Shown here: positions 1-22,549 of the stretch, in pieces
Layout of the letters: each line of letters opens with the position of its first letter
How positions within the stretch are numbered: the stretch's first letter is position 1
Origin: the human T2T-CHM13v2.0 reference genome, Homo sapiens
Direction: 5' to 3' (one strand)
NCBI RefSeq assembly: GCF_009914755.1
Contig: NC_060925.1
Length of the DNA stretch: 64,000 nt
The notes under the pieces: model-generated
Database searches by the model: none
Told to the model about the DNA's origin: nothing
Seen by the model: the letters and a program-made list of their open reading frames with translations, nothing else
Translations under genes and position numbers: made by a program

Positions 1-164
1 GAGAAGAGCTCCTGATGGAAGCTATGTGTTCCTGCAGGCTGTGCCCAGGGAAAGGGGCTGAGGATCCTCCACAAGGAAGGAAAAGGGAAGAGTCCAGGCA
101 GGGATAGGGGCACCAGAAAGAACCATGGTTCTGGGGAAGATGGGCCAGGCGGGGCGGCACTCAC

Positions 165-3100
165 CGAGACGAGGGCCTCACAGACGCTGGTGAGCAGGTC
201 TGGCCGCAGCGAGTGGACTAGCAGCTTGTGCTCTGTGAGCACAGCCAGCAGCAGTGTGATAGCCAGCTCAGGGCCCAGGCTCTGCAGCAGCTGCAGGAAG
301 CTGGCACCACTGCAGGCAATGCCGAGGTGGGGAAAGGGTCACCAGGATACCCTGGGGACCCTTCCCCAGATGCCAGGCACAGCCACCACCTGGACCCAGC
401 CTGCATAAACCTCAACAGCTGCACCCACCTGCCCAGCACCTACCATGTCCTTGGTCATTAAAGCTCCCCTCCCCACAATCTGATCACATACCTGAGGGGC
501 AGGGGTGAGGATACAGGCTGACAGAGGAGCAAGTTGTCATAGGGAGACATCTGGAAGGGAAGAAGAGCCACGGCTCAGGGTAATGATGCCAACTCCCCTC
601 CTTCCATCAGCCCGGCCCCAGCCTCAGCTCTCACCTGCACTAGGATGCGGGGTCTCTGTGGGGAAGGGAAGGGAACGTTGTGAATGAAGTGGGAGATGTG
701 CCTGGGGGACAGAGAAACAGGTCAGAGCATACTCCCCCGTCCATCCCTGTCCTCCCTCCACATTTTCTCAGCTCTTTCACTTGTTCTCAAGAACCTTATT
801 CCTTCCTGAACCCCACTTTGAGACCTGTTATCAGCCAACAGAACCTCCATTATGCATATAATTTGTGCAGATCAGAAAAGAAATCCTCCCTGGGCATACA
901 CAGCCCTTTGCCAGGACCTAACTAGTAAGTTTAGACTGGATTTCAGGCCCTGCTCCCCTCCTCAGCCCGTGGCGTTTTTACAGTGGATAAACTGTATAAC
1001 CACACACTGCAGCCCTGTCCCTTACCCTGTGCCCAGCCCTCCCCCCACCCACATCTGAATCTCTCCCATCTCTCCTGGCCCCCTTATCCCTTCCTAACCC
1101 CTTCCCAATGGCAGAGGAGCCATGCTCACGCTTCCAAGGGTAGGCGGTGGGGGCCTGAGACGGAGTAGCGGTAAAGGAAGGTGAGGAAGGCGCGGAAGGC
1201 AGGGAAGGCAGGCCAGCGGGACAGCACAGCGATGGCACGCCGGCTGCGCACAGCTCTGCCCCCCAGTGCCCGACCCCGCTCCACGGCGCTCAGCAGGCCC
1301 AGTGCCCGTGCCTGTCGCTCTGATAGCCTGGCCCTTGGGAACGCCTCGTAGAACTGCAGGGCGGCACCATACACCTGGCAGGGGGCAGAAGGGTAGTCAG
1401 GCAGGCCCTGCATAGCCTGGACCCCTTGCCACACTCCACACACCCACCTTATCACCAGCTGCACCCGTGAGCACAAAGGTGGAGAAGACGGGCACGGGGT
1501 ACTTGGTCTGGGCAGGCCAGCACTCGATAGTGGCCCCCATGGGCAGGCAGAAGACGGGCACTGACTCGGGCAGCGGGAACGCCTCATTGTCCTCCTCCGG
1601 GTAGCGGCCCAGCAGCTCTGCACCCCCAGCATAGTTGGGGGTACCCAAAAGGAGCAGGGTCCATCAGACTCCAAGGGAAATGAACCAAGGGATCCCAGAG
1701 AAGGCCCGAGTAGCAAAGAGAAAGTAAACTCTGGGGACACTTAAGGTGCCTGCCAAGAGGCACCAGGGCAAAGGGATGTAGGGTCACAGGATTGGAGGGA
1801 TAAAGGGGCCACTCACCTGCCTCGTACACCAGCGTGTTGGCCTTCGCCAGGCCCACCTTATAGCACAGGTACACTGCTGGGCCCCACTACCCCAGAAATG
1901 GCAAGAGACAAGCAGATACATAGCTAACAAAGGTTTCTGGGGTCCACTTTCTCTCTACCACCCCTAAATGTTCTTTTGTCTTTAAAGCTCCCATTAATCC
2001 CAGTGCCCCAAGACCAGAGTTACCCCTCTGGACTCACCCCTGTGGTCAGAGCCTTGGTCCTGGGATGCCCTTTGTTCCCAGTGTCCACACCCACTCTTAC
2101 ACCAAGAGGACCAGGTGTCAGCTCTTGGCCCCACTCACCATGCCAGGGTTGAGGTTGCGGGGCAGCCGGCAGTAAGTATGAGGAGTGCCCTCGCCCTTAC
2201 TGGGCAGCACCAGGCAGAGGTCAGTGATGCCCAGGGCATGCAGCCCTGCCCCCTCTGCTGCCCGCCGGTAAGTGAGGTAGGTGCGGGGGTGCCCGGGGCC
2301 TGGAGGGGCCAGGTTTGCTGAGTGGCTGTAGGGTGTCGTGTCAAGCACTTGGAAGCCAGGCTTGGGACGTTCCTTCCCCTCATACAACACCCTTGGCACA
2401 GAGAGCAAAGATAGATGTTGAGAGGTCAGGGTAGAGGACAAAGACCCAATCCTGCCAGATCTGCCTATCTAATCCCCTGAACTTGCCTTGTACCCACAGC
2501 CTTGTCAAACTCTAACACTAGGGCCCACCTCTTCTTGCTGAACTCTGCCCTCCAGAATCCTGTGCCCTTTCTTTGGCCTTTGGCCTTATTTCATGGTCAG
2601 CAACAATCCTGCATGCCTTCTATGGCTCTCATACTCATTAATAAACACTAAGGGTCAGCTGGGCACGGTGGCTCATGCCTATAATCCCAGCACTTTGGGA
2701 GGCCAAGGCAGGTGGATCACCTGAGGTCAGGGGTTCAGGACCAGCCTGGCCAACATGGTCAAACCCCATCTCTACTAAAAATTCAAAAATTAGCTGGACG
2801 TGGTGGCACATGCCTATAGTCTCAGCTACTCAGGAAGCTGAGGCAGGAGAATTGCCTGAACCCAGGAGGCGAAGGTTGCAGTGAGCCAAGATCACACCAC
2901 TGCACTCCAGCCTGAGTGACAGAGAGAGACTCTGTCTATAAAAAAAAAAAAAAAAAAAAAAATAGTTATACAAGCTACCACTGACTGACTCTGTTAAGTC
3001 TGTCACATGGGTTATCTCATTTAATCTCGACCATCCTATGAGGATGAATTATTTTCCCCATTTGACAGATGAGGAAAACAGGCCCAGAGGAGCTCAAAAA

Positions 3101-3635
3101 CCTGCCTAAGCTCTCAGAGCTAGCAAGGAGCAGCACTAGCACATGAAATCGCATCTGTAAGGACTAAGTACATACAACTTCAGTCCTTCCTTCCTGGCCC
3201 CTGGCCCACCAGGCTCCCATCCCCATTGCCCTTCCCTTGTTCCATAGTCCTACCTCTCCCTGTCTCACTGGAGTCCCTCCCAGCCTCCCCTGGTGCCAGC
3301 ATGGGTAGGGGCACACACCCCAGCTCAACGAGGGGGGGCTTGTCACGGCCCCTGCGGTAGCAGATGACGGGTTGAGTTCCACCCAGAAGTCCAGCACTGA
3401 GTTCCAAGGGGTGGCCCCCAGCAGAAGCCTGGATGCATGTGTAGCCCTGGGGCACTTCCTCGCCCAGTGCCCTAGCGATGACTGCCACATCTGTGATGGG
3501 CTCAGCTGGCCGGGGAGGGCGCAGGGGCCCACTGGGTTCAGGAACCCACGTTTCCTCAGGGATGGGTGCTCCGTTCCCTGCAAGCCCAGCTACCACGAAG
3601 TAATCCACCAGCCGGGGGGGCCGCTCCTCCGCCAT
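165..3635 (-). CDS. DENND4B: DENN domain-containing protein 4B (Rab GEF), N-terminal part (MABP, uDENN, start of DENN); gene continues beyond the left edge
   Basis: ATG at 3635 ([18 protein letters not shown]). Coding exons with GT-AG boundaries and consistent phase: 3319-3635, 2139-2391, 1817-1886, 1448-1617, 1130-1374, 635-701, 492-550, 165-309. DENN motifs [28 protein letters not shown] and [14 protein letters not shown]. Confidence 0.96.
2655..3160 (+). mobile_element. AluS (about 2655-2962) followed by a MIR fragment (about 2965-3160)
   Basis: Alu dimer with poly(A) tail; MIR core motif 'cccatttgacagatgaggaaaacaggcccagag'. Confidence 0.88.
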
Positions 3636-4814
3636 GGCCCCCCCCTCACTCACTGCATCTGGAATGGTCAAGTGGGAGAGAGATGAAGCAAGGAAGGCTG
3701 GGGATGCCATGGCAACCAGGGTACCCTCTTGCTCCCCTCCTCTTCCTAGTCCTTCCAAAGAAAGGCAGGATAAGGGGTCGGCCAATCCTGAACTCTTCCC
3801 CCTGTGACATCACTGCCCACCACAGCTTCTTAAAGAGACCAGATCCCTCCCACTTAATGGTCCTGGCACTCCCCTCAAAGAACCTAAACTCCACCACACA
3901 CAGCTAACCTGAGCTATGACATTCACATTGTCCATGTGTCCCTTTTAAAGGCTCACCAGTTATAACATCACAGAGATCACAATCTTTTTTGTAATAGCCT
4001 TCCATGACATCATTCATGCTGGCCATGACATCATACCAACCTTACAGTCTTTTCAAGGGTTTCTGACCTTCCTACTCTAGTTATGACACCATAAGAACCT
4101 TGTGATCCTGCCAATGTTCTTAAAGAGCCCACTCCTAGGTTTTTAAGAGGACCCCATGGGTTTCTGAGAAAGCCCACAAAACCCAAGCTTTAAGAGTCTT
4201 TTCAACGAACCCAAGTGTCCTTTCTCCTAGCTTAACTCCACCAATCTGGCCCAAAATCCAGTGTTCTCACACCTCCAGGATCCTTAGGTAGCTCGTTAGA
4301 TCCAAAGCAGTTGTGAGAGACAAGTCCCGGCCATCCCACACCCTCCACCATGGAGCCCAGAGACAGAAACAGGCCCACAACAGCCTAGTTCTCACCTGCC
4401 TCCATGGCCCAACCCCGGGGAGTAGGAGCCCCAAGGGTCCTGAGGCGCCCCAGGGTGCAGAAGCTGGGAAAAAGCCTGGTGGGTAGCTCGCAGCAGGGGC
4501 CCAGAAGCGTGGGGGGTGCTTCAGAGGGGAAGGGAGGTTACTTCCTGAAACAGTGGAGGGGAAGCTGCAACTCAGAGGAAGTCAGCCTATGGGTGTGTGT
4601 GGTGGCGGTGGCGGTGGTGGGGTTACCATTGAAGGTGCCAGCACAGCATTACGCCAAGTTGGAATCTCAGACTATAGGATCCTGAGCAAGGCAGAGGAGG
4701 CTCAGAATGGTTCCAGGATGTGCAGTCCTGCTAACCTCCTGCTGTTCCCCCAGAGAACAGGGAATAAGGAATCTCATAGAGCCAGGCTGGCTTTCTTCAT
4801 CACCTGGCCTCTGG

Positions 4815-4866
4815 ACACACACACACACACACACACGCACACACACACGCACACACGTACACACAC
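4815..4866. repeat. Interrupted (CA)n microsatellite
   Basis: acacacac...gcac...gtac run seen directly. Confidence 0.95.
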
Positions 4867-5149
4867 CAACCCCAGCTAAATTTAGACTCCACTTCTGGGA
4901 GGTAAAGCCAGGAGTCAGCGTCAGCCTCTTGATTTAATTCTGGGGCACAGACCTGTCCCTCATCCACTGAGGGCGAATGGGAGCCCTATGCCCAAGGCAG
5001 CAGGCAGAGGCCATTAGGTGGGACCTTCTGAGGGGCAAGTGGGTGGCACCCATCCGCAGGACCTGCGCACCGGGGCCTCCCCTCACCAAGCCAGGGAAGA
5101 GTCCTGCAGAAAGCAGCCCTTTCTCCCTAGGGAAGACAACGGGCACAGG

Positions 5150-6200
5150 GCCCACTCCGGGTCCCCACGCCCGCGTGCCGGGTGACGGGAAGTTCGGGTT
5201 GGGGCAGAGGGCGCGCCGAGGGGGAGGAGGCTGAGGAAGGAGCAGGAGGGCAGAGAAGCAGGCGCGCCGGCGGCCGAGGACGTGACGGCAGCAGCGCCGG
5301 CCGCCGCGTGACCCAAGCGGGAGGGAGGGCGGCTCCGACTCCGGCACCCACGGGAGCAGAAGGGGGTGCAGGAGGCCGGGCACGGCGAGCTAATTGCGGG
5401 AGGTGCCCTCCCCTCCACTTTCACTTCCCCAGGAGAGAGGAACCGGAACCAGATGTGCAGTGAGGGACAGCAGCTGGGGGCCATCCCCCACCCCGCCTGC
5501 CGCCCGCGCTCCCTCCTGCCCGTCCCCGCCTGCCGCCCAGCCCGGTCCAGCCCCTACCTGCCTGTCCCGCGCTTCCCGGCCGGCCGGCCCGCTGGCGGGT
5601 GGCTCGGAGGGCGAGCTGGCGGGCCGGCGGGCGGCGGGGCTACCCGGCCCCAGACATGGCGCACCCGACTTGGGCGCCGCTCCCGCCCGGGCAGTGAGTG
5701 AAGGAAGAAGAGGCGGCCGAGGACCGCAGAGCGCGGGGCGCAGTGGAAGGAGATCCGGGCGGTCCCCGCGTCCCCGCCGCGCTGCGCCACGCGGGGACTG
5801 TGCTGCCGCGCTGCTCGCTCGGCCGGCTCGGTCCTCCCAGCTCCCGCGGCGCCGGGGACCCAGCGTTCCTCCGCGCGCCCCGCTTTCTCTACTCCCCCAA
5901 CCCCCGCTCCGGGCCGCGGGCGCCGCCGCTACCCCCACCCCTCCTCCTCGGCCGGCGGCCGTGACCCTGGCAAGCGTCTGCCCAAAGCCCAGCCGCCTGC
6001 AGCCCGACCCCTGGCGGCTGGGAGGGCCCCCTGCACCCAGGTAGCTTCCCACCATCCAGCCCGTGCCTCAGGACACTGACCCCAGGCGACCCAGAGGGCC
6101 GCGGCGCGCTCCCTTCCCGCCTGGGTCCTGCAGTCAGATGTGGCAAGCATGATGTGGGCGCAGGTGAAGTCCCGAAGGTCTAGTCTACGGGGACCCAGGT
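5150..6200 (-). promoter_or_regulatory. CpG island / DENND4B promoter and non-coding first exon (probable donor CAG|GTAGGG, exon ending at 5558)
   Basis: Very GC- and CpG-rich stretch upstream of the DENND4B start-codon exon; donor-like site on the minus strand at 5556-5558. Confidence 0.8.
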
Positions 6201-6949
6201 GGCTCCCCCTACTTCCAGGTTTAGGGCACAGGGCATTCCCTTTGGACCAGAACCAGAAGCTCTCAGTTCTCTTTTTTGAAAATGACAAGAGCTTTGGAAA
6301 GAGGAAGAGAGGCCAGGACTGCAGGGTGTGGAATAGAGCAGTGGAGGTGGGGGTAAGGTAACTGCGGGGCTCTACTTTTCTCACTATGCGGGTTGGGGGA
6401 GTGAGGGGTGCAGAGGCCCACACGGCTGGTCCAAGGGCTGGCAACCCAATCCAGAAAGAGAAAACCTTCAGAACATGCATGGCACTGAAGGATCTGTTTA
6501 ATTAAAACTAAAATGAATGAGTGGTGAAGAGTGGAGAGGGTGAAGTGAATGCATGCATAGTGAGGGAGTGAGGATGAAGGCTTGCTTCCCTGAGACCTAG
6601 GAGCACTTCAGACCTGTGGGCTCAGCCAGCAATCACCTCCTTACCCGACTCACTGCCAGACCTAGGGTTGAGGAAGAGGAATAACTTGTCTGATCAGTCA
6701 AAGCCCCCATCTGATGCTGCAGCAGGGCCCTGGACAGACAGGAGGGCACATGAAGTGATTTCCTGCTGCCGTGGAAGCCTACATCCAGCTGGGTACAAAT
6801 TCCGAGGCTGTGGGGCCCTTCCACAAAGCACAGTGGTGCTAAGAAGATGCAAAAAGCCTAATAGATAAAAAGACCCATGGCCCTATAACTCCCTAGATCC
6901 CCAGCCATGCCCCAAATAACTAACCACACCAAGGGTTTGATATGATTTT

Positions 6950-6955
6950 TTTATT
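6950..6955 (-). terminator. CRTC2 polyadenylation signal AATAAA
   Basis: tttatt on the + strand about 415 nt downstream of the CRTC2 stop codon. Confidence 0.8.
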
Positions 6956-7369
6956 AACATATAATAATATATTTAATAAAAAATAGTATCCACTCTGGCT
7001 CTCTCCTCCACTGCAAGGGGAAGAGTGGTGAGGAGGGGCTGGCACTGCCCACCCCTAGGCATCCGGAAAAGCCCTGCTTCCAGGGCTCCCCTCTACCCCT
7101 GCTTTCCAACAGGCTCTGACCTCCAGACAGACGGTTCAAAGTTACAAGTGCTTTAGGCCCTCCCTTGAGTTCCCCCAGGCCCATCCCTTGCGCAGAATTC
7201 AGGGGCCACCTGGACAAACCCCTTGCTTTTTCTCATTCTTGGCATCCTTCATTCATGCTAGAAAGAGGATCTGGGGACAGAGAGTAGAGTCTCTACCTGC
7301 CAGGGGGAAGGGAGGAAAGGAATGGTGGTGGGGGATGGGGCCAAGAAGAGGGATGGTGATGAGGTGCCC

Positions 7370-17758
<10,389 letters not shown>

Positions 17759-18385
17759 CTTCCTTCCCCGTCCCTCCCTGCCACCCTCCCAGTACCAGCC
17801 GCGGCCTCCGCCGCGGCCTCGGCCCGGCTCCTCCAGCCGTAGCCACCGCCGCCTCAGCGAGCACCGCGAACCCGGCCCCAGCCTAGCCCTGACCTGTTGC
17901 GCGCGGGGGCCGCCGGGAATTGTAGTTTGTTTACGAGACTCCTTCACATCCCCAGTCACGCAGCACTAGGAGGAAACGGACTCCACTTCCCAGCAGCCCT
18001 GCTGACTCCGGAAACTGGGGACTTGGCTCCACCCTCTCGGCTACTCCCTGAGAGGTGCAAGCTGGGAAGAGTAGTTCTAAATTAGCCCTGAGACTACGAA
18101 CGGAAAGGAGAGAGGGATTGAAGAGAGAAGAAAGGAAGAGGGAGGGGAGGGAAGAGAAGGGAAGCGGAGGGGTGGAGACCGGGAAAGAAGTACCAAGACA
18201 CAAAGGAGGAAAAATTAGGTCATCTTCAGGGAAGGGGACTATCGGGTCCTGAGTGAAAACAGTGAGACCAAGAATCTTAAAACAGCTGTAAACATCTGGG
18301 ACTCAGGCCCTCTCAGGCTGGCCACATGCCCACCCCTTTCCCAAAACAAACGAATCAGATACTGTACAGATGTCTAGAAACATCT

Positions 18386-18391
18386 TTTATT
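18386..18391 (-). terminator. SLC39A1 polyadenylation signal AATAAA
   Basis: tttatt on + about 970 nt past the stop and only about 500 nt before the CRTC2 promoter. Confidence 0.78.
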
Positions 18392-19358
18392 TGGGTAACA
18401 GGTCCCAAAACAGGTCAGTTAATAAAATAGATTCTAAAGAATATGTCCCTATGCACAGCCCTCCCTCCCCAAAAATAACGCTGGGGGTAGGCATTGCCCT
18501 TCCCCCTTGGGCTCCTCGGGTGTATTTAAAAAAATGTTTTGGCAGCTCAGTGTTTATCATCTGGGCATGGGACACCATGTCCATGTCCCCATATTCCTAG
18601 GGTACAGCAGCAGTAGATGGCTGCAACAACCTTCCTCCTACCCCAGCCCAGAAAATATTTCTGCCCCACCCCAGGATCCGGGACCAAAATAAAGAGCAAG
18701 CAGGCCCCCTTCACTGAGGTGCTGGGTAGGGCTCAGTGCCACATTACTGTGCTTTGAGAAAGAGGAAGGGGATTTGTTTGGCACTTTAAAAATAGAGGAG
18801 TAAGCAGGACTGGAGAGGCCAGAGAAGATACCAAAATTGGCAGGGAGAGACCATTTGGCGCCAGTCCCCTAGGAGATGGGAGGAGGGAGATAGGTATGAG
18901 GGTAGGCGCTAAGAAGAGTAGGAGGGGTCCACTCCAAGTGGCAGGGTGCTGAAATGGGCTAGGACCAACAGGACACTGACTCTAGGTTTATGACCTGTCC
19001 ATACCCGTTCCACAGCAGCTGGGTACCCACCTCCAGCCTCCCATGTGAGCCTGTCCTTATGTATAGTGTCCAACCTCTGATTCTAGCAGTCAAGTGTCTT
19101 CCCCAATCCTAATGTCCCCTGATATGTCTCTAGCGACTTGACCATCTCTTGTTCCTTGGGACTGGGGCCAGCCTCTTGTCTGCCCACTTCCCTCTCATTA
19201 GTCAGATAGCCCCAAAGGCTCTATCTTTAGCTCCCAGAGAACTTTTTGGTCCTCAGTATTTCCCTTCCCCTTTCCTTCCTATTCCCCACAACTGGGGGAG
19301 GGAAGGGAGAACAGGGGCACCTGATCATCAATCTCCCCTGCCCCTCTCTTGAAGCCCC

Positions 19359-21976
19359 CTAGATTTGGATGAAGAGCAGGCCAGTGAGCAGGGCAAAGCC
19401 TGCTAGGAGCAGAATGACCTTGAGGATCCTTTGCTCAGAACTGGCCAGCTCCTGGGGCAGGATTTCCAGAAAGGTGATATAGAGAAAGGTGCCAGCTGCC
19501 ATGCCCTCTAGCACAGACTGGGCCAGCTGGTGCAGAGGTCCTGCCGACTCTGCCAGAGCTGCACCCAGCCCGATGCCTAGAGGTGTCATGCATGAGAAGA
19601 GGATCCCACAGCCAGCCACCACCTGTGCCCTAAGGTGGCTCTGCAACAGCCGCAGGGACAGGCTGACAGCCAGGATGCCCTTGTGGAGCAGCAAAGCCAG
19701 GCACAGCTCCATGGCCCGAGCCCGGTCTCGCTGCAGCCCTACCGCCAGCCCCTCGAACACGGAGTGGAGGGCCAGGGAGAACACCAGTACACAGGCACGC
19801 AAGGCTGAGGGGGTTGCTGGGGCTCCACTCGCCTGTGGGACCCCTGGCCCATCATGCCAATGCTGCGGCCCACCATTCACTGTTCCCAGCAGAGCCCTTG
19901 TTTCCTCCAGAGGTGACGGCCCTGACTGCTCCTTGTAAGCCAGTGTGATCTGCTCCATCACCAGGACCAGGAAGAAGCCCATGGCCAGGATGAACTCTTG
20001 CAGTGGGAACTGGAGCTGTGGGCAGAAGCAGCAGCAAAATGTTCAGGGAAGGAAGAGTGAGATGCAAAATCTGGTGAAAGCCCAGTTACACAGACCTAGG
20101 GTCTGACACAGACACAGGGCTACTCTCAGTCACACAAAGATAGAGTGAATTGGTAACACTGACACAGAATGATACGTACACACAGATTATGGTGTCACTC
20201 ACAGTGTTACGTGTAGACCAAAGTTTCTCAGCTTTGGAACTATTAACATTTTGGGGCCAGGGGCAGTGGCTCATGCCTATAATCCCAGCACTTTGGAAGA
20301 CCAAAGTGGGAAGATCACTTGAGGTCAGGAGTTTGAGACCAGCCTGGCCAACATGGTGAAACCCTGTCTCTACTAAAAATACAAAAATTGGCAGGGTGTG
20401 GTGGTGGATGCCTGTAATCCCAGCTACTCAGGAGTCTGAGCCAGGAGAATCACTTGAACCCAGGAGCCAGAGATTGCAGTGAGTCGAGATTGTGCCACTG
20501 CACTCCAGCCTGGGCAACAGAGCAAGACTCTTTCTCAAAAACAAAACAAAACAAAAACAAACAAACAAAAACATTTTGGGCCAGATAATTCTTTGTCATG
20601 GGAGCTGTCTTGTGCACTGTAGATTGTTTAACAGCATTTCTGATCTCTACTTACCAGATGCCAATAGCAGGCACAATGTTCCCTCCATCCCCCTCCCCAT
20701 TGTGACAACTAAAAATATCCCCAGACATTACCAAATGTTTCCTGAGGGGCAAAGCCACACTCCTAGTTGAGAGTCACTGATGTAGACATACATGAAAAGG
20801 TCACACATTGCCCATCTCCCCAAATACTCATACATAGAGCCACATATCACAGGACATTCAGGCTTATACGCAGTCACACGGAAACACAGGTCACTCAGTC
20901 ACAGACACACAAAGGGATACATCCAGTGTTACTTCCTCAGTTTTAGAGGAAAAAAGGAAAGAGCCCAGGATGACTTTCCTGCCCCACTATCCAACGGCCT
21001 CAGTTTTTCCTATAATAAACCAAGTCCTATGCCGTGGACTTGATCATTCCTCACAGCCCACTTCCTTGGGCCAAAGCCTAAAAAGGTTAGCAACACCAAG
21101 ACCCAGGGAATCGCTTCCTATCCTTCTCAGGCCTACAGAGACCTCTATCTCCAGCCCTTTAGGAAAGTGGTGAGAGAGTGAAGATGATTCTTGGAGCACT
21201 TGCTGGTAGCTAGAACTGAGAACCCATAGAGCAAGTCACACACCTGAGAAAAAGTGTCTTACTGTCTCAACGGGAATGTAGGGGTCACACAGGGAATGGG
21301 GAAGGGGGAGGGAACACATAGAAAGAATTATGCCCCATAACCAAAAATCACAATTCATACCACATGCCAAAAGTCTTCCACACAGTCATGGAGTGGCACA
21401 TGAATCAATCTCCACAAACCAACACTCCCAGAGGTGTGTGATTCCCCTCCCGCAAGTCACATGCCCAGGCCAGTGCTCACCGTCACGTGCAAGGCTGCCA
21501 GGGCCTCATCTATGGCAGCCAGGTAGTCAGGCAGCAGGTCCAGGAGACAAGTGGCCAAAAAGACGCCCCCCGCGAAACAGCTTACTAGGCTCAGGGCTTT
21601 CTGGCGGGAAGCTGGGTAGGGGTGAAGCACAGAGGGGAATAAGCAAACAAACCCCCTCCAGGGCCGACCACCCCAACCCAAACAATGGCTACCCTTGCCT
21701 TTCCCTCCTCCTTTGGTCACTCCCCGCCAGCCCCAGAGCCCTCCCTAAGCCAAGCATTCATAGCAGTGTGGGGAAAAGGAGAGGCTTACCTGAGCCTTCA
21801 TGGTTAGCTCCTGGCCGGCGCAGCACACAGATGGGCACCAGGCTGCAGAGGAGGGTGAGCACCAGCAGCAGCACCAGGGCCCCCAACTTCACCTCCAGCC
21901 CCACAGGCACTGGAGGCTCTGAAGCTACCGCCTCGGGGCGCCACACCAGGAGCTCTGGCTCTCCCCAGGGCCCCAT
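19359..21976 (-). CDS. SLC39A1: Zinc transporter ZIP1, 324 aa
   Basis: Coding exons 21790-21976, 21481-21611, 19359-20015 = 975 nt. ZIP signature [13 protein letters not shown] / [37 protein letters not shown]. Confidence 0.98.
20219..20779 (-). mobile_element. MER20 (hAT-Charlie DNA transposon) split by an AluS (+, about 20255-20570)
   Basis: MER20 termini caaagtttctca... and ...ttgagagtcactg; 8-bp TSD gtgtagac (20211-20218) / atgtagac (20780-20787); Alu TSD aacattttggg. Confidence 0.88.
21612..21681 (-). ncRNA. MIR6737: microRNA hairpin hsa-mir-6737 (5'-tailed mirtron at the 3' end of an SLC39A1 intron)
   Basis: Minus strand reads UUGGGUUGGGGUGGUCGGCCCUGGAG...UCUGUGCUUCACCCCUACCCAG and ends exactly at the 3' splice site (21612); matches the mir-6737 precursor as I recall it. 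Confidence 0.85.
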
Positions 21977-22549
21977 GATGCTTCTGGTAGCTCCAGTGAC
22001 TCTCAGACCTAGGAAGACAGACCAGAGTGGTTGGGAAAAATCATGCAAAGGAAGATGGGGCAAGGAATGGGGAAGCTTGGTCAGCAGAGTGCAGCTCCCT
22101 GGCCCCAGCCACTTTGTGACCTTCCCCTACCCAGGGTGACTCATCTACTCCTGTACCAGGAACATTCCTCTCTTCTCACACTTTCTTTCCCAAGTGACTT
22201 ATTCAGGGAGACTGCACGGGGGAAACCGAGGCATGAGAAAGGCTGTATGGATATCTCATCACCCTTTCACCTGGTGCCCCCAGAAAACTAGGAAACTAGG
22301 AGCCGCCTCCAAATAGGACCTGGAGCTGGAGTTCCCCTAAGGAATGTAGAGGCCGGGTCCCCAACTCCCGAACGGAGTGGGTGAAGCCAAAAAGGCTAGG
22401 GCTGTGCAGAGATGTCTTGGGTAGCTTCGTGGGCCACCTGGACAGGGTAAGTTTGGGTGCTGGATCGCTCCATCGTTCCCCTTTTCCCAGCGCAGAGAAC
22501 AAGCGCTTCAGGCCCCAGGATGGGACCTAGAGGCAGATGGCCAAAGAGA

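Noticed and set aside
4934-6480. Stacked long ORFs on both strands (up to 221 aa)
   Set aside because: They reflect stop-codon depletion in the GC-rich DENND4B CpG island and have low-complexity Pro/Arg/Gly/Ala composition.
19489-19938. 149-aa plus-strand ORF
   Set aside because: Antisense shadow of the SLC39A1 last coding exon.
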